Both the position numbers and the translations under genes were made by a program. A stretch of DNA of 64,000 nucleotides from Phoronis australis (taxonomy: Eukaryota; Animalia; Phoronida): positions 160,472 through 224,471 of the forward strand of contig NMRA01000465.1 of assembly GCA_002633005.1 (NCBI GenBank), read 5' to 3'. Numbering within the stretch: the first letter of the stretch is position 1; every line of letters begins with the position of its first letter. Positions 54,301 through 63,300 of this stretch are shown here, one piece after another. The notes under the pieces were generated by a model. It ran no database searches. It saw nothing but the letters and a program-made list of their open reading frames with translations, and was not told where the DNA came from.

Positions 54301-57300
54301 CAGACACTGTCCACTTACCTTCAGGACAATACTTGGCCACACTACAATTAGAGGCTTCACTGACATCCTTCAATTGCTCCAGACAGTACAACCCTGCAGG
54401 ACACCGTTTGTTGGTCTTCATGTCAACCTCAGATGTTGTGGTGTTGTCACAGTAATGACTAGAATGATATCATTGAATAATTGTCAGAAATTAAAAACTT
54501 TTGGAAAACTTAAATAATACTTCAAGTAGCTTCTTTTCACATTTATTGTCAGTATGGCTTACGTTTTCAGAATCAATGAATGCATAGTCAGTATTTACTG
54601 TGCAAAGACAAACATGGCATTCTCTGTCATGAGAAACACACACCCTATCTGACAGGAAGTACAGTTCCAGCGCCCCTCCTCTGAGTAATACCCTAGACCA
54701 CATGGGGCGGGTTCATAGGTCGCTTCTTCACAATAGAATCCTCCAGGACAGGTGAGACAACTAAACTGTCTCTTGGCAGGATCACCTGTAATATTTACTG
54801 AACAATGAAACATGTACGAGGTAGGACAAATGTGATTTAACGGTCACAAAAATGGAATAAAGCTGTCATTGATATCAACATACTCAATAAAATCAAGCTT
54901 AATTGAATACATTTGTTACAACATTGCTCAGGTCATTAACACATTCATACTCTGCCAGTGAGGTGATTATTGGGAACTGTACAAACAAAAGACCAAATAT
55001 GAGGCTATGCATAGCAAAAAATCAACAAACAAACAAAAGCACCGTAACTGCAAATATCACAGTAAGCAAAATGTGCTTTGACCACAAATTTCTTTGGGAT
55101 AACAAATGTTGAGATTTTTGCCACTGCAGAAGTCAAAAACTGATGCCAAGTGCACAAGAATCTAAAACTTAAACTATAACTGACCAGCGCCAGCGATCCA
55201 GTGTGTAGAGATGACAGTGGTGTCTGTGGAGTTGATAGCACCCCATGGCATGTAGGTGCCGGGGGGACACTTCTCTGCAAAGCTTGAACCATGCTCACAG
55301 TAGTGACCTGCAGTGAACAAAGTCGGATGTTAGTATATGTGACATGTTGACAATGATCAATATGGCAGACACCATGCTGCTCCATGTACAGCGTTCACAT
55401 TGATGACAACACAGATCTTAAGCAGTGAGATCTGACCACAGGTCAACCTAGAAACAATGAGTTCAAAGTATTTCACAGCAAACTTTAGAATAGTGTTGCA
55501 GTCCACCAGTTGTTTTCTACAGCAGTGCTACACACCTCATGACTTTCATACAGAAAGCTAATGCGACAGACAATGGTGTGAGAATAATATATTCAGCATA
55601 TATCATATTAATTATGAAGTGATTCCAGCATATACTCTCTAGCCATCCAATGACAGACGTACCTCTCAAGCACGATTTACACTGAGCCTCTTCATACAAT
55701 CCCTCGTCTGTACTGTAGGTTCCATTTGGACAGGCAAACTGTTCAGCAAACTTGGTGCCGTTAGGACAGTAGTACCCCCGCTGGCAGATACCAGAGGTAG
55801 TGTCACCTCCACCTGGACAGAAAAACATAGTTAAGATTACCTAACAGTGTTTGATAAGACAATACACTACTATACAATACAGTGCATTCTCTATTCACAT
55901 CTCTCCATGTGAGTTACCATATTCATCCTAATAAGTGCCTAGGGCACTTGGAAAAATTTGTTTCTAGAGAGGGGTGCTGATTATAGCCTTTCCATGTGAG
56001 TTAGTTTGTGAAAAATTTGACTGCAGACAATAAGACATTAGAGCTAAAATATCTCTACCCTCGCACAGCGACTAATGCACAGGACAGCTTAGAGCATGGG
56101 TGTATACCATACACACAGAGTAACGGGTCAACTGCAAGTGCATTCAACTTATTTGCTAAGAGCTGAACTGATATATTCATTTTTTGCAATTTCACGTTAT
56201 ATTAATTTAACACGTACCTAAACAATAGTATTGCTGGGGACAGATATCACACTCTGATGCATCGGTGAGGTCTGACCGAGTGGAGTATGTACCCGATGGA
56301 CAGGGGAACTTGTTGTTCTGTGGAGTCATCTCTGGGCAGTAGAAGCCTGGCTTGCATGGTTGAGGACCGTTATTGGTTGAGTTGTCTACATAAGAAAAAC
56401 GACATCATCATTATACAATACATAACCAAGTATGTTAATCACAGCAGCCCTTCACTTACAGAATATAGACTAAAAATAATCCAGACACAACTGTCTGTAG
56501 CACTCACACAACTGTAAACTAAGCAAGAATTCACTTAGGGCTTTATGTCTACGCACTTGCACTCCCTCTAGTGTTGGTGATTGCACTTCCTGTGTCCTTC
56601 ATATTCCGCAACTGGGAAGTAAGCCTGAATGCATTACACAATCATTGTATTGAGTAAGTTAATAATACCGTTTGGAACACCAGAGGTAGAATAGCATGGT
56701 CACACTCGATGAAGAATACAGCAGAAAAATACACTGTCTCCCTCTACTCACCTGTACCCCATCCACAGTACTTCCCAGCAGGGCAGGGCTCACATTCATC
56801 TGACCTAGCCAGGTCAGTCCTCCAGGAGTACGTCCCAGGTAGACATGGGAATTGGTCACTGGCTACAGTTCCATTGGGGCAGTAGTAACCTACAACATGG
56901 GAGTGAGTTGAAGCACAGAACTGCGCACATTCTTTGCCATCTGATCACTACATGGCCTTACACCACAGTTATAAATCATGCATCTCTTCAGTGATCACAA
57001 TGCTGAGAGGGATTTCATGGAATAGAGTTCAACAAGTCAAGATCACAATAATCAAGACAGAACTAACAATGTAGTTGATTCTTTTCAACATCAAACACCA
57101 TTACTTAAGTGTGACAAAGTAAACACAGTACTCAGACATGGACAGCAATTTGACATATATGTTCATGGTGGATCAAGTATTTCTCACCTGCTCGGCAGTC
57201 GTCAGTCACGTTTACTTGTCCAACACGTGGACAGGTGTGTCGGGCAGGGCACAGTTTACAGTTGAGTGGATGGCCAGTTCCAAAGTCAGGGTTGTATGTC

Positions 57301-60300
57301 CCAGGCTTACAGGGGGTGGGGCTCACGGTGGGAAGATTGACAGTTCCACCCAAACAGTAATGGCCGTCAGGACAGATAGTGCACTGAGAGCCATCTGCAA
57401 GAATGAAGTGAAAGCTTGTAAATACATATTAAGAAAACAAACAGCAGGTCTATAAAAGCTTTACTACAGATATCTAGATTAAGTGCTTCTTACAAAAACA
57501 CTAAATTCACTTTTACGCTGTGTAACACAGTCAGTAATTGGTCAAAAATCGTCTCTCAAAATCAACAATAAAACTAGCAGAAGATAAAACACGGAGTTTT
57601 CAATCAATCTTCACTTTATGCAAACAAACAGAAATTTTAATGATAATGCTAGACTTATGTTTTACTGAAATCTACAGAACAAATAAAACAAAGTAAATAA
57701 GTCCTAATTTAGCTGTGGGGTCTCCACTGATCAGTTTTACATTAATTGTGTAAACAATAACAACAGATGAACAAGACCCCACATATTACAATGTTGACAT
57801 GAACAGATAATACAATGAACAAGACCAATGCAGAAAGTTGATATGCACCCACCATAAAGAAATGCATACAGCGCAGATACAAGCAGCGATTAATATTACA
57901 AACATTCCCAGGGTGACAGCTCAACATAACAATTGTTAAAATGCACACAGGATCTGAGTGAACTTACTTGTGAAGCCTGTTTCGTTGCCATAAGTGCCCA
58001 CAGGACACGGATACTCATTGCCCTCAGACATTCTCTCTGGACAGTAGTAGCCAGCAGGGCAGGGTTCACCATCTGAGGTGGAGCCTGGCTTACAGTAACG
58101 TCCCGCTGGACAGTTCTCACAGATACTCTGGGAAGACTGGGTTTTGTTGGGGTTGAAAGTGCCACCTGATCAAAAGAGAGTGAATGGTGAACATGACAGA
58201 CAACGTGACCTAACATAAAACTGAGATAGGCAGACTACAAAGTCTGTTTGTCCACAGATGCACTAAATATTTATGGAAAATAGTTGAGTCCCTATTGAGA
58301 CTGCATCATTCAAGCGGGCACTGATTTCCATTTCAAAGCAGTGTATATTATAATGCTGGATGAAAGTGCATCGGATGATTATCATGAACATCTGTGGGTG
58401 ACTGAGATGCTCACTTCAATGTTAATTTATACTAAGAGGTCAGATATAGAAGGTAAATGGAAGCATTGTCTTTTGAAAATCCAGTTGAGAACATCTACAG
58501 ACAAAGCTTAAGAACATTCCCCACTAAACCACCAGCTAACTGTAACAGTCATTCGTGTGGGCTGGTGCTGCTCACAAGTCCAAAGAGATAACAACAGAGG
58601 GGGTGGTCCTATAACGCCAACTCAGATTGCTAATTCCATGAGTTACTGTATTAATGTATGCCCATGTGTTACATGTTATTAAGTACACTGTGTGACTGAC
58701 CTGGACAGGGGAGTGGGTTGACCGTCCCCGGTGGACAGTAGTGACCCTTTGTACACTCTGTGTCGTTGTATGTAGTCAGTCCCGGATTGTTACAGTAGTA
58801 ACCTGGCAACAAGACAGCAATACTATGTATAAAAGATTTAACTAATCAGTTATTCTAACACAGTGACTGTAAATCTTAAATGCAATTTTAGCTCTTGACT
58901 TAATATAGATAAAGACCATAGAACAATAATTATCGATATTATTACAAAATTAAGTTATTCAATTAAGGGTCACGTGATTCAACAAGATGGCCAACAAACA
59001 ATACCTTGAACACATTCGTAACAATCCTTCACAGACGTAGACCCATTAAACGGGTTATATGTCCCCACAGGACACTCATACTGAGTCTTGCCGTCGCAGT
59101 GACTACCAGGAGGACAGGTGTTATCAGCGGGCCGGGGCGTCGTCGAGCCCATGGGGCACAAGAACCCCTTGTCACATGGTTTACAGCTGGTCGCCCGTGG
59201 CTCTGAGTATGTGCCAGGGCTGCATTCCGTCTTGGCAGAGACTATACAAGAACAACAGTAAGATAGTAAACACGGCAGATGCTATATTCAGAGTCTATGC
59301 GCAAAAGGTTCTATATCCAGTGACTGTACAAGAAACAATATTCAGGAACTGAAACACTGAACAAGAAAGATCCATAATTCACAAAAACATCCAATACTCG
59401 AGGATAACAGCAGAAATGTTTTTCAAAGATTGTGAAAGAGTGAAAGGATATTTATAAACTATACAAGGAAGACACGGTATGCTGGGATTAACAAGACGCA
59501 ATATTCATATAGTATACAAACTTAGATATAATATTCAGGAACTATGGAGACACGTCCCATTTATACCACACGATATTAATAAAGCAATGGAGGTGTTCTC
59601 AAACATCACACTTAACCAGTTGAACATACATCAAAATGGACAACAGATAGATGATCTACTTACACTCAGGGTTAGGGCACTTGTATCCCGCCTCACACAC
59701 AGTACAATTGACTGACTGTCCAGTACTGTATGTACCCAGGTCACAGCGCCGAGGTCCGCTTGTTGTAAATTGACAGTAGTATCCCTCCGTACACACCGTG
59801 CACTCCTTCTGACCCTCATAGGCATACATACCCGCCTCGCACGGTGTCCTGTAACAGGTGTCAGTCAACAAGGATACGAGATAGCATTGGTTAACTTTGG
59901 ATATTATAGTAAGGCGACCACGACAAGTGGGAAAGTGACGTGACAAGGGCATTACTTCAACAATGACTTTGTCTGCAACAGGTAATTAATTACATGTATA
60001 TACAACTAAGAAATTTAAAGGTTAACTCAAAAATAGATATTCATCTTTGGATTTGATAAAAGCTTATCGAACATGACCAATATTTTGCTGTTTTAAGAGC
60101 AGAAAACTCATCGCACAAATCATCACCATCAGTAACACTACCGACAAGTGTCCAGTATACACTGGGCACTCACCTAGAGTCTGTGGTCTTGTCTGGACAA
60201 TAGTAGCCAGCTGGACATCGGCTACACTCAGTCTGGTTACCTACAGAGTAGTACCCATCCTCACACTCAATCTCCTCCGCAGCATCGGTTGTTGGGCAGT

Positions 60301-63300
60301 AGAATCCAGCCTTGCACTGCGTACACTCTGTCTGTGAACCTTTAGAGTAGGTACCATCGGAACACTTGACTAGGTACACCAGTTTAGAGTTGGGACACGC
60401 ATAACCTGTGGATAGTGGATGAAAGGGTATTTAAGTAAGTGATCACAACACAAGTTGAATTCACTCATTATACCTTGGTGTTGCACCACTTAAGGTATGT
60501 GCATTAAGTGCCACTTAGTAGTTTCACGATTGCATGCACCAAGCATGCTTAGAAGAAATACGTCAAGAACTGAACTGTGCACATGATAAAAATTCCTCAG
60601 TTTGGGACAGTGAAAAATTGATTATTTTGCTCAAGGTCAGAACTTAATTTCAGAAATAGCCAATACTGGCAATCCCAAATTAAATAAATGACAAAAGATC
60701 CTCGATGATACGCACTACGAAGACGTATAAAAAGGTTGCGTTGGTAGTTATTTTTGATGATTTTATGAACTGTCAACTGAAGTCTATTATCTGTTGATAC
60801 AAAAATGAAATGTCAGACATTTGAAAAATAAGAAGAATGCCAAAATCGATCGTGTCCCAATCTTCAGAATCAAGAAAATTTACTTTCTGCACAATGCAAT
60901 CGCATCCAAAACATTGTGGATAGCCTCACTTCCAGGTATGTTTTTGGCCAAAGTCACCCATCTCCACCGATCACTAGACAATCTGTTTAGCCAGGACGTG
61001 GTCACCGCTACACTGAGAGCAGGTTTGAACTGACAGGACCCTTAAGTTCCCAAGGGTCGTACAGTGTTGAAAGTAACTAATACCAGTCCCAATACACCTG
61101 CTTACCTGTGGGACAGTCAGTGCAGTCAGTGGAACCCGCAGGGGAGTACTGGCCCGGCTGACACTCTTCAATACCTGTACCATCCAAGTTGGGGCACTTG
61201 GAACCAGCAGGGCAGGTAGTACATGTTACGTTTTTACCTAAAGAGTAGCTGCCTCTACTGCAGGGCAAGGCCACGTCAGAGCTGCAACAGGTGAAGAGAA
61301 TAGTGGGTAAATAGGTAATGCATAAAGATACCCGTGGGCTCTCAGGTGTATATTGAACAATACACTCAATCAGTCTTTATCACGTGTAACTTTCAAAAGA
61401 AAACAAATCAAGTTCCACCTAAATGGTCTAGTTCAGCTGAACTGTAATTTCCAGACACACATCAATAGAAACAGCTATTAAGGTAATACATATTAGCATA
61501 TCAATAGACACTTAGCCAAAACTTCATTCCACAATTCGATGATTTCTCGCAAAAAGACAGTTTGTCCATTCTTGGAAAAATGGAGAATAGTTTACTTTGT
61601 AGACTACTTCTCAATATACAAACACAGACCAGGTAAACAGTGCTGTGGTAAACACTGTGGTCATTTTGACCTGTAGTTAGCGCCGTCCATTCATGAATGC
61701 ATTTCCACTTATTTATTTTGTACAGGGGACCTTCTAATTAGTGGTCAATAACCTTTAGAAGGTCCTAATTGAAATCGAAATTTTAATCATTGTATTATCA
61801 TAATTTATTACAAACAAAAGTCTCTCTCTCTCCCTCCCTCCCTCTCTCTGATAAATGATGCGACAAATTAGACAGCTTTCATACCAGTCACACAATCAGA
61901 GATGAATTAAAATCACTGCAAGTAAATATACATAGAAGTCATCAACCATGAACACAGTGAAAGCCTGTCCTCTCCAAAACAATCGACTGACAGTTTACTG
62001 TCACCCTTTGTTACCGAGTAAACTTTATAAATATTAACTCAACGTCCTTACTCAGTGAATGGGCAATACTTGGCTTGTGGACAGTCAGTGCAGGTCATGA
62101 CGCCCTCTACTGAGTAGGAACCCGCAGCACACGGCGTGTTCTTCGTTGGGTCAGTTTTATCAGGACATGCATAGCCTGCTGGACATTTGGTGCACTGGGT
62201 CTGACCAGCGCTGCTGATATGACCTGCAAACACAAAGATATGGTGCAGAATCAATGATATATGACGACTGCTCAATAACATGAAAAATAAAATTAATGCA
62301 ATTAAATAACACATTGGACCTAAACATCCAACAGAAACAATTAATTTTAACATACAGAAGAGGAGAAGACTGAGTGAACACAGTCCATGAAAATCCACTT
62401 GCGGAACAGACATCCCTAGACTTAAGATTATTGGAAAGATCCAAATGAGAGGACTTGGTGACAACGTAAGGGATAACCATAGTTAGGATGGGATCACCGT
62501 GGTAACTGCACACTATGGAGTGAAGATGAACCTCAAATTTTGCAGAGTTTAACCACGAAGCATACAAGAGATATAAGGAGTGTTGAAGGTTGTCGCAATC
62601 GTCACATATCCTTATATACCTGATTCACAGCTCTTGCCAATTTTTGTGGTGTCCTCGCAATACTGGCCTCCTGGACACTCAGTGCATGCCACGGCCGTCG
62701 GGTCAGTGTTGTAATAACCAGCCTGGCAGGCTACCGGCTCCGCAGCCTTGTTCACACATGTATGACCTGAAACATGGCCGCAGTTGAGGCAATCTCCTTA
62801 GGAAACTAAACGATCAAAACTGGTGAATTGGAGAACTTCATTTTCTTCAAAAAAGAAGAGAAAAGTATTTTTCATTATAAAAAATAATTATTCAATACTC
62901 CAATTATCACTAAAGTGTTCTTCATAATTTAAATTGTCTTGCAGTTTCTATTTTTTAATTTCACTGAATTTAGCTGTAAAAAAATTCTGGTACACATCAC
63001 CTCACAATCTCCATTATTACTCAAAAAACGACTAACACTTCAGTAATCTCTATCCAATGGTTGAACAGAACTTTCTGATTTTAATCAATAGTGAACAACA
63101 ACAAAAATGTCAACCAACCTAAAGGACACGCAGTGCAGGACGTCTGTCCACCCGTAGAGTACGTTCCGCTTGTACACTGGACAGTGGATGTCCTGTCTGG
63201 ACACATGTAGCCTGCTGGACAGTATATGCACTTAGTGGCCATCTCGCCGGAGTAGTAGCCATCACTACAAGGGGTCTGAATGGACGAGTTGCTTGGACAG

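Noticed and set aside
106-62787. Plus-strand ORFs such as 106-468, 12273-12818, 25455-25937 and 52793-53194 as nested genes
   Set aside because: They are antisense shadows of the GC-richer exons, with no recognisable domains or consistent splice structure.
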